A stretch of DNA of 52,439 bases from an uncultured Bacteroidaceae bacterium (GTDB taxonomy: Bacteria > Bacteroidota > Bacteroidia > Bacteroidales > P3), in NCBI GenBank assembly GCA_964451895.1, contig CAYVJX010000001.1:7802-60240 (forward strand), given 5' to 3'. Position 1 is the first letter of the stretch; each line of letters opens with the position of its first letter. The notes beneath the pieces were generated by a model. The model was not told where the DNA came from. It made no database searches and was given only the letters and a program-made list of their open reading frames with translations. Position numbers and translations under genes: made by a program. Shown one piece after another: positions 39,601-39,779 of this stretch.

Positions 39601-39779
39601 GCCTGGTTCAAGTTGGGCAAAACAGCCGGAGCGGATACCGAAAGAGCGGCCTCCTCTCTTAAAGCCTCTTGCTTTAGAGACGAAAGCCGCGCCACCGTGG
39701 CACTGCCCGCGGCAACTCCGGTCAGACACAAACCGAGAATCGCCCACTTACGTATGTTCTGTCGGTTAAGAGCTTTCAA
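1..39779 (-). CDS. Giant secreted SprB-like / Ig-PKD-repeat cell-surface protein: 13,259 codons in the window, 3' end beyond the left edge, absent from the supplied ORF track
   Basis: The frame is the reverse complement with codons on plus coordinates 3n..3n+2. It was open and in the same register everywhere I hand-translated: 39,779-39,600; 39,023-38,961; 35,250-35,040; 33,440-33,360; 25,080-25,020; 19,427-19,200; 16,370-16,320; 9,345-9,300; 7,568-7,440; 5,640-5,590; 4,740-4,680; 257-3. The track lists about 40 minus-strand ORFs in 1-39,779 and none is in this register. A frame with any in-window stop would have been listed, as pieces or whole, so there is no stop before the window edge. An in-frame TAG at 39,783-39,785 bounds it upstream. 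The first start codon is TTG at 39,779-39,777, giving MKALNRQNIRKWAILGLCLTGVAAGSATVARLSSLKQEALREEAALSVSAPAVLPNLNQA. Examples read from sequence: AQAIGGTAPYTYTWSP (about 5.6 kb), QVIGGSGEYTYRWKGNGISYDSL (33.4 kb), ACAATDGKIAINATRGNQPYTYYFNDTAKSTNILDNVGAGMYTLQVSDNNGCW (35.1 kb, SprB-repeat-like). Confidence 0.93.
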   Translation of the reverse strand, partial: MKALNRQNIRKWAILGLCLTGVAAGSATVARLSSLKQEALREEAALSVSAPAVLPNLNQAVSVSERRGYQAFSLAEPMLYPQASDGDMLLPEPFIPISYPADLPGDFPLGDEDEGPFFGGIGTSGASVIHKSPKPARPAMGGIGDGGSFVQNPVVHKPVYLGGIGDGHSSVQLPIIHKPAYLGGIGDGHSSVQQPIIFKPSYLGGIGDGHTSESMPMIYKPTYLGGIGDGHTSEGTPMVYKPTYLGGIGDGHTSEGTPMIYATNYLGGIGDGHTSEGTPMIYATNYLGGIGDGHTSSSMKMIYAPNFLGGIGDGHVTSTMKIFFAVPFLGGIGDGHHSMGMMAPKAWPYMGGLGDGHITMRVPGIFYPLYAGGRSDGFARKGIPCDTTTYRIYADSMVCIGDTLFLTTDTVAGASYIWRGPDGWVAREQSPFRAGFTARMAGTYTVTIDPGCADAEDLPMAMAVVAARNQDPVYAVIDSVVPNMPYERMCFGDTAVFRVTGYGFGDSALFEWRINGNPIGDPNRDSIVKLAGIDDGFNVSVAVYSSLECVTARPFVTRSIRTAVDEKKTVNVRIASNINQDLDSVLVCRNYPIRISSSYVNGGDRPQFIWLYNEDTVLQGGWDYLALDSVQDGDSVRMLLVSSIHCVDCRPKVSNVLHFVVKDKPDLDILYGGVPTNHFGINLGETAPLQAVGGSPEAEYKWSPCGSSCSGSDVSVKPGATTRYKVTLTEPWRCVVDDTVLVEVYTDVRILNQPKPITVCDSTVADFEITASGASMSFDWQVDPGTGNWEDINPSLVNAYTIITTSNYSRLHIGRDSSNMPANITPLNMSMNGYKFRCRVSGVKDKTAKRDTIYSNTPEYLTGVARLYINPIQHAIGSISVQPDTMVCEGSQVKFVLSHQNPLVSSKYSIDWRVNGVSKQNGKSKEFVFKAEDSAFIQAFIYTGYECPVSNPEPTDTFLLRAHKNPVVHSGSDTTVIVQYNTQHTLLGEVKSTGVEPGESQALVYQWTPADELSSASNALSATTKPIKRPVDYTFTATNIHGCSGSHSHKVSLKGGPLGVLPQNGKLTVCENDTVRLPFEPYGGSGNYTFSWKSVPLDTTPVNTNFVSADTNVLSTVSPVGKTEYIIKVFDGVDSVFGKITVTVNARKLSHPVIVGDTVLCSNETNRFKLNVTGDAYSGNLSQYRWYLNDTLQDGFNGNASYTKAPKDGDRISCEVTLSYACPLQNPVRTPAVTVKLNPAPEIASSTSDTTICPGTAVRLFVVGNHIDSLSWSPQTSIVTGRNATNKSQLVEAKPVIPVKYKVTVFSDKKCTASKEISVKVWPSTAATAQQSDIYACLDGQARFTTKVSGQPAPGETSLTYDWQKLDGGVWTSLSSTDTKYANTGTAQLLVKNIQREEDGDQYRLHVSGYCEPDSTSNPITLHVIDSVYFDIALVDTPRCENDPAKIRFITNLSGLQKKIDVVISGSYGKRVYVTRDSVFVIKEVYPNDIVQAYLTPQGIVAQCVNPNPMRSQSINLGVKESPSFTSLASNPKACAATDGKIAINATRGNQPYTYYFNDTAKSTNILDNVGAGMYTLQVSDNNGCWSKKSEISLRDPNGPIEPKVANAGPYCVGDVLPQYLILDPKTKKAEVKWFSDYTCRTLVHTGDSMPFDPIVGRQTFYLYQQLGACKSATVKVEVFIGTAPVINYIDEVYPSSCELTDGIISIYAQGDTTLEYSIFDPQSFGPDPDFIDIPNGTYPVAVRTVTGCYVYDTVEFYAYNTPEAPRMLSSDTTYCAESARKPLEVDAARGGAINWYKDLTLKQLVSRANPYDISGLASGNYIFSAVEVVDECNSKPSTVKVNILPQIVTDLKDAYLGCPGGMITIKARHNDSVQYRWFYPETAATPSSTGDTLRVDVPSSLQRGRLEATLTVNGFICQSSQTFTLNYTTDPVYMNATVCVGDTILISIPGGKRFLWPNGDTTKTYKVVAGNAGSVVQIPVEVGFEDGCNMQYIYTVESKQGKPTYVGIEKDFNRYCSQEKHQLKAVLSDNSVPVSLQWYKDGMDLNDATAQILRIDSLDAGIYTYVVKATAKEFCTTPQETYDTVQVKVFETPVVYAGPDVIDLPYGEKAKVGMGAQVIGGSGEYTYRWKGNGISYDSLRYPVYTNRLYTGTTVTLYATDTVSGCVGKDDVDITIAGGPFRIKVTAPEVVCQGDTARLNVLAEGGSGKYAYHWKELPSGAFVDSTATTKPVLNSQTTFAVMVVNLTEGGHTAADTLRDTVTVKVDNLPVAGHIYTPDTTMCQDTSYLLLLKDYFGDAIVWEKSCEGVIWSDMGASSDSVLRTGECATNHYRAWVSNGVCPAHLTEEYRVHIHQPITNIISGPVPGGTLCPETDSVQFGGNDLPSGYTYQWQYGMDEVHFKSCPAPDDTAFKYTWINAIDSSRYIRRVVYYDGCPFISSTIKVSVYDDSNIGEIEGENYVCIDSVGYMSVPNTSMASYRWEVATDTTKDSADWTEVLGGTTFTCSTKQMERGDTLFYRAIGQKNSCEPDTTGIFHVIATDPLPVAIFISADTTEVCLNNFVTFTVDSVHFEGKKPLYYWYVNGNELSLPVKKGKDTLAYASKDGKTLYISTLLPGDSVQCALASSIGCVTERLAMSNAIKPLVYVPLVKMVEPASDLTFCRRDIIKLRADSAQYYRWAYFGTDDTAVMPMKGNSFIYFDTVTKVSPTVVTTYYVYGTDRHGCTGIDSVTLTPEPLFTALTPDTTICAGSKLSLKAVPASTRGVTYSWREVAVRDTNTARTLPDNTARNTITPAVIPLDSLTYYIYTINTPAPRYCSFTDTIRVFVEQNETPAVSIDYEGIRYNDTVHIIECDKREHFFSYESEWAGDEPKYKWIFNGEDVSHDSLFSDHYPYMVDHSSLYVEMESSRRCVTERTVKSNKFFVKYTKMPEAVVSINSNKGLKVCPNEEVVIFQAHAPTYDTGIFEWYVKYADSSRFAHVHTGDSLVSRFATGDQVYCIYVAKDTCIKYSPKQSNTLRFDNYPLYKPQVEIVGLNSGVDGNGDTVCEGATTVFTARLADQGSDYRLVWLVDGMEVGTPNSLTLSYSAFIAGHRDSAYRQSRVTARLETKHICAVPSNLNADDTLVYIKPRKALGVIIEQDVLQACNSLREEQVAFTHVYGPLSVSGNTIIANCSYQYWNTGAVSQQTIEDNGGVSAYAGNTTSHQMFGLTSRKDVTHYSHIDYAIYFDYGTIQIYENGDYKGSFGGYNTAQKYTVEIADSVVRYLRDGVVFHTSQTRDTIGLYRGGFSLHADNCRRPNMRAYIEYRNSSIVFGSTVYEPPVNKPDYNWMVNGVPFEFGNGEDTLYDHKYRFEPYDVVTLVVHSNDVCMERENAESNPITVHPTDPGNFLQLADTAYVCRGDSVRLTASGAKTYEWTLPVDMDTATVHDSSIVVWPAQTTTYRVTGANDEGCSDFKRIVVVVFELPDPNLGPDREVCYTDSLYFSVRNGAVPDSVTDRFYRTEWTFITPTDTVALTSPYDNAISFDAEESGVLVAKMVNKYSGCYTLDTLNLTVHPLPHIKMPDTLQVCISHDLAIFDSAYDQDYKKVNTYTWTPTTRISNGNGYTNGSYKIFNSADTGFFTYYVDVKTPKNCHAYDTVYVRNIKQELALNAELIRQTICEGETPRFILTGQWWDTLATAVLYRNGSQVATYTVGHTGESQRDTVSYTGTVANKDRFQFKLTSLNPCLVVKQIMSNFDTLGVIYNTTLASTPDSLCIGHDLTLQAQPRQDTNVHYTWTMFNGYEQTVIRYIGATPDTVHETVYINHGAFGFDTNTVVVPMPSLPTYFMVEADGGHGCVTRDTAYVGIIRADTLWAHVEQTLDSCYNPEMAYPTWDFTSPALIPMAGGQIIKDGSQGAGWNYITSPTVLHGNFMYRYVISGKEGYAMVGINYEGRSHNSCYGWWYNWCGYDADYTFYLVGGSGENNLRIYERGNHVWTGGSYKEGDVLFIVRQSGYINYYQNEVLVRRVKERSPSLNFNPEISMYSPGTSVDPVRYVELQNIELSSSAGTIASKINHKWYVNGKVVSTDSILKVHEAGFTGMNDTLVYEVSGQTKCDGLQTVRDTLAVQSPKGYTPVFLLLTTDSTQCQGRDFTVRAHLINRSGEVPDSAIRYNWYRGDLRIASATRADSIVITNAGINEYVWAQAYVDTIAKHCAFNNIKNPVRSSYLTLPVEPAKVLGVNVDVFPGQTVCLFSDVLFNATQVVSGLPDAGENPTVEWYLNGRFVSSDKTYRTDSLQDGDSVYAIITASAEVQCLDTNRKQTRVVHMDVLPAPVLAAHKDTIVTYNSEAKLWAEVIKNWEPNLKYEWYPSFDISEPYSANDSATVVKSRIDHIYTVQARNSIGCYSNEASVHVEVLTCPQFILRGSGTKACAGDTAFIYLQVQGFRPYTNIYFWQISHDNGATWRTLDPLTDGDFDIRVGTNSVTLVLAKTLAAYDKANSLFRCGAVATDTLLTCDTVYSRSAFIDVVDYTIPVAKVYGDTAICPRSPVIFTASGAVNPGDYYQWYVNGQMAAGNGSTLSLDSVKGNTQISVSTIIRNDQNACVDNAKATDTLHISVYPQPQLVMYPDTAIHIGDTAPVGVLVSGGTTPYTYSWNGLPNTTLFATNTDSTATKNQLFTTIYTVTVTDSNHCSAKGSMTVSIEDTCKLYVSIYGPKTVCFDSSVTFKGLVTGGLQNADIHYMWRCVPVVDTTVVTFTGKEFTVRALKPGTYNLTFAAVDSSEYVKELCPDEPHSATATFQFTVEPPKTFEVRIDTLAALCAGTESTLTATSYVNGSAATIAVSYAWQQYDRLGNIVKAQNSTSAQFVVKNWTEYDWVSVAATMGGDECETGMVVYDTLRPVINPQPGPLQARRIYVGGLEPCTFDTAVIGLNVPMAQEGQVQYTIDGGKTWHSDSLFTPVEDGDYYPGVKFIATGCEYISDTVIIVSLPEPSKMPDVQVKGDSSICMGVLADSLVAYDGHRGSIMVWYADSALTQVLAQSAVNAGRVAYGLPDSIKNTIGVYTFYAAQYAGDCKSDPKPFTVTVREADTANGMQLHYVKRFKCVDDGVAVPVKVSVQFDTINVEGIYQWTVLTGQAISGTGKEVSVDVVDSARICVVFTYVSSCDATTRTLYSDTISIRVAGIENTLSPGSLICIGDSTVAHSLDESGLSDTSFKYTWQTKTYDASTGKWTWNAATGNSKQENYTVYHSYLQPVEGKPTGYKQLSVRRILSVDGCSDTSAEIIFYYSPAPTATATISVPEVCVGYMVGATVSGTYLGTAPYANWYVNDMLVKTHDTLAVNLGVLAQGSKVRAVVYPVYDTMCPIVDSLVVEDTVKLKEAIAADIKITVADTLFCTPGNTFTASYNIGYSNDPQYKWFYNGVRVDSADGKSSYTRMNVKPGDSVYVMIHATVDCPAADSVRSASVLAGHRAPTVSGSVEAVPDTSLMKLDSIKFVASGADSYLWQDNNATGSVHHVYAKSGQSVYCVQLHTDGYCDTVLCVSSVIPTAGLTVPPVCEKQDVNAFVTGSNLGVSPYVNWYVNDTLVAAADTLVKNFGKRKDSTLITAVVYPDYSALVLPAGTATVDSIVLNVYASVTEAIKGKVSISVEDSLFCSLSNTFKATYNAEYSDTPQYRWYHNGVLMASANGMASYTSNNVKNGDSVCVVIFARNDCPASDSVRSDYYYARKGQIVPASIDVAATDTLCLGDTLRVKVSGADSYAWNDNSTDSARIFTAIQTPTTYSVTAHTDGYCDTTLSVTVVSRVRPANTKLVQNSLTICGDDTATLWITKAPGTGVLWNTGHTSDTIRVVVPNGKDSTIKVVFTDVYGCEFGPDSVTVQVRDSRPVNFVKDNLGLPDTACWRSQFSAVARVEPNDKADMYFTWYRSGAYWKSGYNLDSLALKGTDFPSASPYEITVIVQDNGICLRMRQDTIVDTIVVEQPKQAGINIQSNSHIDNDTLRICVGEATRLFSAVSNAGPVFEDGSHNWYIEWYRNGTFVQRGDTVTFAHLPIGSQIYAILYVDTTECNYAINSPVKSRVLTVVSVPQPDVQVELSLKLDTICSNSEYQVQAYVTNGGTDPQYRWYVNGFLATMGDERGNTVPINSPILDIIDIKQQAAQHGTNYDIVCWVKSSLPCAADSVRNKGVSTLVVFPADTLDVIISPQVDTACAYDNGNVVVTMHADVIGMAEGYDIEEPDLQWYVAATENDAPTPIAGATDKDLHYTTKNLTGNEVFSVRAFSKYLCTWNSSLVSEKARILLWPISSEAGVNDTVRNYADFVFSTDTAIGGTPHWITRGDGHFVYTDTSHPTYVLGVADKKSEGIWLVQEVTNKFGCYAADSMFLFISHCEDYKLEKDWADRIICGSETISLENRMVAKSGALSAVDSASYWFTVITDTVIDTLAVTKDLAFAWSGLFDTTRTYVLHATVNDLDCRYVDTMRVALHTVPVINFPDTLHACANHALDIQDSAYNSAAKADYSYTWNPSTYLSGQTANLSYVKFNSVDSGWFTYVVDAATPAGCHSYDTVHVYNVKHELTAQLTLLDRWICEGDTLRMAISGDWWLENATAQLYRNNVLVQTDTVGRAGRKQADTLVYGGEIKHGDIFLVVINSNDECLTTKTVTSNYEYVSVVYPTKIDAVPDSLCVDYDLTLNAMPKQDTGIHYKWTAFNDSASIYVHHKTIGKDTSVVVLPMPDASTYFEVEATGYGCTSRDTVYVKFMRSDSLWVTAEQIIDTCNSPTPQTPQWRSSGEMIYINGAQIIHNAGNYWNYLTSTTDMEGDFIYRYVISGKEAPAMVGINYKGRTHTNCSYWWWNWCGYDADYCFYISQEGGQPQLMIYERGGRVWSGSLWHEGDILYIIRQNGYINFYQNEVLVRRVKEREPNRAFNPEVSLHNVGTAVDPINYVALPQIKVDNKSGYIAGKKSHKWYINGELASTDSILRTLSTGLTDNDTLVYEVSGTTNCGEFQMASDTIIIQKPEGYSPVFLTLSHDGKKCEGSDYMVHTHIINRTEAIPDSAIRYNWYRQTELVAAGTQADSFLFTKVGRDEYVWAQAYVDSSYSGCAFNSWHNPVRSPFLYLPIEPSKKMGVNIDVYPGDSVCRFAEVLFNATQVISGMLDAGEKPTVEWFLNGKFVSAEKTYRTDSVEEGDSIYAIITASPEVLCLDTNRMQTKTLGMHVLTTPVITAHKDTVVEYNKEANIWAEVIENWESGITYEWYPSFDIRSPYKKTDSATVVRAKIDHYYTVQARNRIGCASNEASVHVEVLSCPQFILRGAGTETCLGDTAYVYLQVQGYRPYSNNYFWEMSTDHGTTWTVVDTSGDDYSIRTGLDNVTLLIHKATMAHDVSNALFRCAAIATDPRLEYCDTAYSSNVYVKVIHYVQPVAQMSGDSAACVDVPAEFTATGAVNEGDYYLWYRNDVLAPSNGANFILDSIDGRDESILVTVKIRNDENICVKESVDSMRVNVYPGSKLVMLPDTVIQMGDTAVVGVTVIGNSAPYSYSWNGLPNTTLETPYLSQSLTKDQYYTTRYTVTVTDSNGCRIRGNMMVRIADTCLVATSIYGPNSICMDKTGKFEAFVTGGLESSNLHMMWSMTPQMDTSVIAPNGKEISFRAMQPGTYTLTLTVSDTSEVTKKYCSEESQTMSVSTTITVDPKKDVRVKINGPSQICEGSTHALRAILTIDGVQTGIYRTFAWYRVDRFGNSSLFSFHRHDSPNDDNICGETIRNWGKGEKIVVAATLYGGDCEAGTVVYDTLAPYVMTTPGPLNVRDMYISGLMPCTFDTAAIGLTVPVEQRDSILYSIDGGNTWSSNALFQPVADGYYYPAVKFSTNGCEYHSPNTVLIKLPPAKPMPAIKVSGDGEYCLYNPIDTLVAYDGYNGAVVGWYADADRNVVLVEGAQGESSVAYIIPDSVHKTLGEYIYYAGQHLGRCQSELTQVPVTVRERDTVIGFKLGFVKRYNCNADSTPVWVDVYAEHEKNNVEGVYNWYSVYPVAFKGSGSRVQVATVDSNTVYATFTYTSACTGKVETVYSDTLKIDISQLPNTLIPGVSICPDSSVLVHAIDSLDFDTTFSFRWEAHYFTMHLGSGSWSWGLAPGVNDEENYTLHHSSLYHVYGTPEQRKELTVRRVVYAEGCYSVSDPVTFYYHPLPIPKPVLDLPRTCRGYDLTASVSGQGIDSVTTYVNWYVNDVLVKKNGLISENLGALLDGDAVKAVVYPLYDTLCPVFDSVILTGNAKVDTAIEADLWIKASDTLFCGTQGTFTAMFNSGYTDNPRYKWYYNGNHIAAADGSQTYSRSWHEGDSVYVAILANNMCTVTESAQSPVLYIHRGTTVAGSLNINPDTSICLGDTLRVAAQGGTTYTWSDGATGANRDFIATDIDRKYTLTIHTDHYCDSVIDVNVVSRKRPANTHLVQSKMTICGDDTAHIVANVDPGVHVLWSTGDTGAILRLPMMSHKHEVKVQATFVDAYGCPFGPDEILLDIHDNRPVDFAENTLHLPDSICWRETFSAVANVTPADKDSIYYAWYINNEFWLGHAGYNRNVLNDLKGADFTSSAPYIIKVVLQDNGWCRLNRQDTLVDTIVVIQPRDAGINIQSNSTIDGDTIRICVGETTRLFAAVSEAGPVFEDGSHNWYIEWYKDGSLVRTADTVTFKGDLPVGSHIKALLYVDKTEYCYAKNSPVWSRELTVASVPVPKVEVDLDLKVDTVCSNEDYRIVANVTNGGTNPVYHWYVNGSLVTTVDNGGNTIPLDMPYLDLVNIKQQEDGSNYDIICWVKSSLPCANDSVRNDDTATLVVFPADTLQVTISPEIDTACSYLNGDIEVILKATVTGRAVAFDVEEPDLQWYRNGQPLFGYTKKNFRYISKDITNEDEFSVMAFSRYRCTWNSALISDTAHVVLRPVIPDAGKDDSIYNYADYRFYSDTAIGGEPHWITRGDGLFVNADTIHPLYKLGEEDKKSDGIWLVLEVTNAFGCSALDSMFLFVSHCEDYGWFTDVADVTICHDKTIEVVNHLEAKPGAVYPVEKANYALVALSAGTYATDTLAKSNDLTFSWTGVVDTTRTLVLTGSSNGYGCPYTDTVNVTVLPLNEISVELTQHGNDTCQNFAANTGNWDITPGHYDLHWDYNASTGVLSHTHCNNASDLVSTDFGAANTMMRYVATGNELAGMVGFNYEGRRSSELDYGVYFNYGTINLYYLGYATDYMPIGTYQAGDVFTIIRTDDKVYFYVDQNNEHKLLRVLDEPEYGIGRRVNYAIGSYRVGATFNNIWYLNQPATKIGNKITFDPLPGKLSYAWSLNDSIVSTDSLWNAEKFHVHDGDRVKLCVEGITVCDTVSVCDSLTISSIDVYSPMYLTLVRDSMNECDGDAFTLTATAHNLPAGIDASRLRYNWYQNGKVLATGTTSNVYMLDSAHIGDYAYAEAYILDDICVVNNQAKPAVSHRVTFDLKENKELGVALTTNVAVEPAVCPNTEVIFTANVTNGGSYTVNWFVNGKFHAVGDNLSMRADTTYSVYARVDAKNDAVCLDIDTIYSDTLTVNVLPAPVVEAWSDTVVDKGSAVALNGKVVANADTVMTYHWTGCGGIERADTLHTTAVANNSCVYYLTAFNSIGCASEPDTVFVDVYDCPSLASVDVPAVICENDSAVVRVNVYGFKPETNSYKWQISTNNGTTWSDLSAGSRYAMSQDRLGGQLVVRNVSTDISAGTAIFRCVVKATDSALAFCPAVITPDIKLNVDITARNLPTIQIVGQSDFCTNSATVGTVYSVNITPGYEVAWKQNGSGVLEYDGNDHRRGYTVADGDKVIGVLYSGNTCIDRLQISDTLTVHFHPQPSLTAWTDTTIAYGDFAALHAKLTNGTGPVVYSWTPADKVLNADTAHTFTTALFESTVFNVEATDSVSCGAKGRVVVIVSDTCVRKVELDGPTSVCADEVAQFTGLVTGGGVVGNYDLSWRIEPALSTNDGSLFVPNAGATLNIADAVPGDYTIIFTVTDTSAAVKTYCDPDGVVMSDTAVLNIYAPDTLAVSLSSLADSVCEGETITLVAHATINSTPDADAALTYEWFRIRNGFNSYIGSASDTLNIYNAADRDVYYVIVSENGDCHVNNHARSNNDTVTVHPVPEPLKPYQVYAHSHISCVEDVAYIRIDADTSLHLLYSIDSGATWHAKYLFDTLEKGTYHVMVKGEAGCEAQGVQTVYIDVQPDLNFAAPDVAFDSIVSCIDNLTPIVAYNKQSGYLGWFTDSALTHRLAISEQDADSMVYTPVIDTPGRYLFYIKKGLGDCEGPATKVIYIAGTCNIRLEPAPAGLCPDDSTKLYAVIDEATRNISKHWSYQYSANGKFDTTTVVVSRFDKMDTIFVKDTGYYRIVDTTYWNTVMYSNVSRVQMGSYAKFGAGCIDIAYPTAGAVAMCAGDGEVKISVNCMTSDYYVVWPDSSRNNSYTKNFDTATDVKIVVKSVIGDCPVDTTVRVVVLPKQYIKLSYNDTTICLGNEAKVSIMLPKIMDSGTVYPPYSNYEWRYKTGLDYTDGEYNEQDVNYNGSLMLSGLKVKSGDYTDYTYVAQAFASLASCPSVTDTLRIRVRRNNFILAPDSLTFCSGESDSISLPAADSIGINGIFMPYVSKLAVGPITRDSIMAITLYNDACRATDTLKIRYILPDSLVASLSPVADTCAEITADTMKWNGSTLHTAANGWQSVYAADTLKANAELNYVVSGQERAMVIGLEYIDNNRGLWNKPYSLYLSDNGSEDSRKFYFYESGWEVNYTAAGDYRMGDLFTVRRSGGHVEYYHNGTLLRRVAEPEALKSNAMRISASNYYQGSDIAPLSVASIPAPQISTSLYHRYDDLHYAWFVNGMSVSNDSVLDNGYILVEGDTVVWQVTSYGICDTAMSADTLVIDSQNAYASIGVNLTSGSKSVCRGEAVELTADITRLPDGVSLGDVRYNWYINGTAVALDNTSATYTHNNVADGDYAHVEVYADGLCLLNGKSNPARSNTLYFNVDTAEQVELALDIQPAAAVCEGEEMQFTAVMRGLKYAPTIEWFVNGMNKGTGNSLTLADAKTGDSIYAVATFDAEENCQGGKTLRSNTLKLSVNPVPVVKAITDTTVLRGATVPLTGIVTAGWTPGMQYVWSPATLTNDTLTTAVVTNITTYTFTAVNAYGCQAEAQVQVDVESPYKEECAYLSAQSAINAPAVCEGDSTSFTVTVSGSKPDAYSYNWQISADNGNTWNDIAAPLYVNRGTSLHIPAVTSSMNGSLYRAVIVPDAAHSHCDTLYSLPFKLAVKTSSRQHNISIDGDGELCANAETFAYILNASVQAGDHFFWYLNNILVGQDIATLNLNKEQLGKGGILKALWQMASGDCASQIAYADSIEIAVGDELSVVAGNDTVIDKNTTAALFAQAIGGTAPYTYTWSPALSTTVTPEGRTLTQPLASTTVFTVTATGAHGCEATAQVKVTVKDTCLQDVVISGPRTGNQTSCQGEQVELQALVSGGMPGNYTIEWTVAPALAADEYVPVQNNSDLWIKPSMPGVYTIQVTVTDTSALAAAHCEASQLVQTTQITLTVTGKDTLAVSLDRPDSVCQNVEFSLNAHATLNGQAAANVNYHWYRVRNNVVYDLGMGGAMLVPTDALDADRYFVVASSTEECLANSEAVSDTVESVLYPVPTKLKPSDVVYTPGRMCSDDTASLEIKGSYKVAQIKSRWPQTLYYSIDNGANWQTSTLFKPLPDSAMFQVVVKNQYGCIDANNRLDIKRAPQTIDAWIEAGPDDTIVAGQTFRVHGDTVAAPGTPHWTTSGTGTFVNADTLHPVYIPSDADVVAGKVKLYLSVNSNNYCPLKDSLTLYILECGVYSIVRNGGDTVVACGDETLTFIGKLASDNAALTPPKADYEWRFIDIVFGSGYTVEHSDMNADSSRWEPADPTPGMYELYVKTVTNCVLTDTFYLDIQSIPTGEGTIELIYPGGNNAISMCINDTARIVVTDDSGLNTYIWPDGTESDGVSNNTYAVTATKDTSVIVKITSKGGCVGYDTIEIAVDKPFALSLSRNDTTVCVGNDVRLPKISAPGYGSIAPLTTYVWKNSHGDTVDAGNYAAQNRPVMTITQDTVYRAYAYTEAHCQSAVAEYKVATDKYRLVLADTLYACYGDKVKFAMPAATKNYTLNGASFNAASSAAFDVETSSLYNDTVLVVTATDTLGCGNSDTVMVHVLPLPDMNIVNPGACANQPLVLRLPNLDSTDECKWEVNTVSGTYNFTGDTITFRPGASDSILYIDLKVTNRLGCIYTKKDTVNVYMWPDLNIHDTAVCEGLEGITLIPNYSSVNATYNVTWLRKGLDSATKLPHSTYHELAVTDTVSHRYYFELKNKTNGCTDTGSVMVNITRLPKLKHIVDDTLCVNEPTYIFTYDNVGQFEAEDDAATQWSCMEYLSNGSQKAGYIDPSFVSTLKTQRIKVDYRPSDEIKALGGVAHFVVYTTGKNECAGIKVADSFNLVFTDPLEVLVSDDQYVCISTGKDAKIAVDLRPTFENIAGYEFKIDTTKVKVDQVWGSEHKQGTLIYHNPGGDTNVVCHDTLRVWNEEGCELVRPFSVEFVGGAPYVKPDTLTICPGDTVTVKVSNPNSQLDPIWRNIETGRLVTRGNEVRLSPANTTMYRITQLESADPACTGITTEDTLTIVVRDRILVETAGDTNVCEITDVKVGVTEVSQNVHRYQWIDSATGDVISTDSAFMMKAVSSNHTFFLTVWNDSTGCTDHDTLRLTYGGNLYKLNFYDTTVYVGTTIDVVVHGPWPTEKDPACPYEWFNETDTLTICNLDSIWHLQATKTTDYTLYLRGGETECYNRLRVNVIRLNLHDTAVCDYCPTEIGIDSVEIDYVEWYYLDTLRFTSGHSEPVETQFCFDDTVRNKHQVITDSLYYHAYVIPYPYKVKESDTVPAGPFCDTVYSEPYIELAYDGKRSAKHDTKTEDIDVYKEFLHWNKVEVLCKEPAPGKKFVCDTLFMVMCFPDFEGLTILRFGEGMLVNCREVDSICVVVGTEDHLNNSWNEDTVTLTLDCSVSEPPTGGPTIVCDTTYTLINIGTKKNPNYVYDQVTVSNCREVAENCEVEYEKNRAVDNSEEFVMAKITCSDLPQKKKTICDTVYTLINIGTKKNPNYVYDQATVSNCREVADNCEVKYEKNRAVDNSEEVITAEVICPEPEDPKPTVKTKTVCDTVYTKINIGTKKNPNYVREEGPGTEINCREVPEDCEVTYETVSSADGSSDTVRAITGCMTEIPPTEPEDPKPTVKTKTVCDT
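4640..7700 (-). repeat. Core cassette IV (~3.0 kb) of the giant ORF; boundaries approximate
   Basis: It starts with ...RKFYFYESGWEVNYTAAGDYRMGDLFTVRRSGGHVEYYHNGTL (hand-translated 7,568-7,440). It ends with KSRWPQTLYYSIDNGANWQT (4,740-4,680). It contains YSYNWQISADNGNTWNDIAAPLY (about 6.15 kb) and AQAIGGTAPYTYTWSP (about 5.6 kb) at positions equivalent to those in cassettes I-III. Confidence 0.6.
9250..12330 (-). repeat. Core cassette III (~3.0 kb) of the giant ORF; boundaries approximate
   Basis: It starts with RYVATGNELAGMVGFNYEGRR...INLYYLG...GDVFTIIRTDDKVYFYVDQN (about 12.3-12.0 kb). It ends with DTSLHLLYSIDSGATWHAKY (9,345-9,300). The intervening module order matches cassettes I, II and IV. 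Confidence 0.6.
16280..19430 (-). repeat. Core cassette II (~3.1 kb) of the giant ORF; boundaries approximate
   Basis: Hand-translated start: TDMEGDFIYRYVISGKEAPAMVGINYKGRTHTNCSYWWWNWCGYDADYCFYISQEGGQPQLMIYERGGRVWSGSLW (19,427-19,200). It ends with QRDSILYSIDGGNTWSSNAL (16,370-16,320). In a 60-nt stretch I counted, 17941-18000 versus 26584-26643, 50 of 60 positions are identical. Confidence 0.7.
24950..28110 (-). repeat. Core cassette I (~3.1 kb, about 1,000 aa) of the giant ORF; boundaries approximate
   Basis: It begins on the N-terminal (high-coordinate) side with the module FMYRYVISGKEGYAMVGINYEGRSHNSCYGWWYNWCGYDADY...IYERG...YINYYQNEVLVRRV. It ends with the SprB-like module QVQYTIDGGKTWHSD (about 25.0 kb). 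Module order is the same as in cassettes II-IV. Anchor nucleotide match: 27996 aligns with 19350 and 12261 (gtagttga.acccaccatg). Confidence 0.7.
38646..39422 (-). repeat. In-frame tandem array of 13 units of 63 nt (21 aa) with a GG[IL]GDGH core
   Basis: The His codon (plus-strand atg or gtg) recurs at exact 63-nt spacing at 38709, 38772, 38835, 38898, 38961, 39024, 39087, 39150, 39213 and 39276. A GGIGDGG unit sits at 39339, and degenerate units flank the array (GGIGTSG near 39402, GGRSDGF near 38646). One unit translated by hand reads TSEGTPMIYATNYLGGIGDGH. The units at 38898 and 38961 differ at 5 of 63 nt. Confidence 0.92.
39690..39779 (-). other. Predicted N-terminal signal peptide of the giant ORF
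   Basis: The translated N-terminus is MKALNRQNIRKWAILGLCLTGVAAGSATVA. It has a basic n-region (K, R, R, K), a hydrophobic core (WAILGLCLTGVAAG) and a small-residue A-T-V-A stretch. The cleavage site is not determined. Confidence 0.55.
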
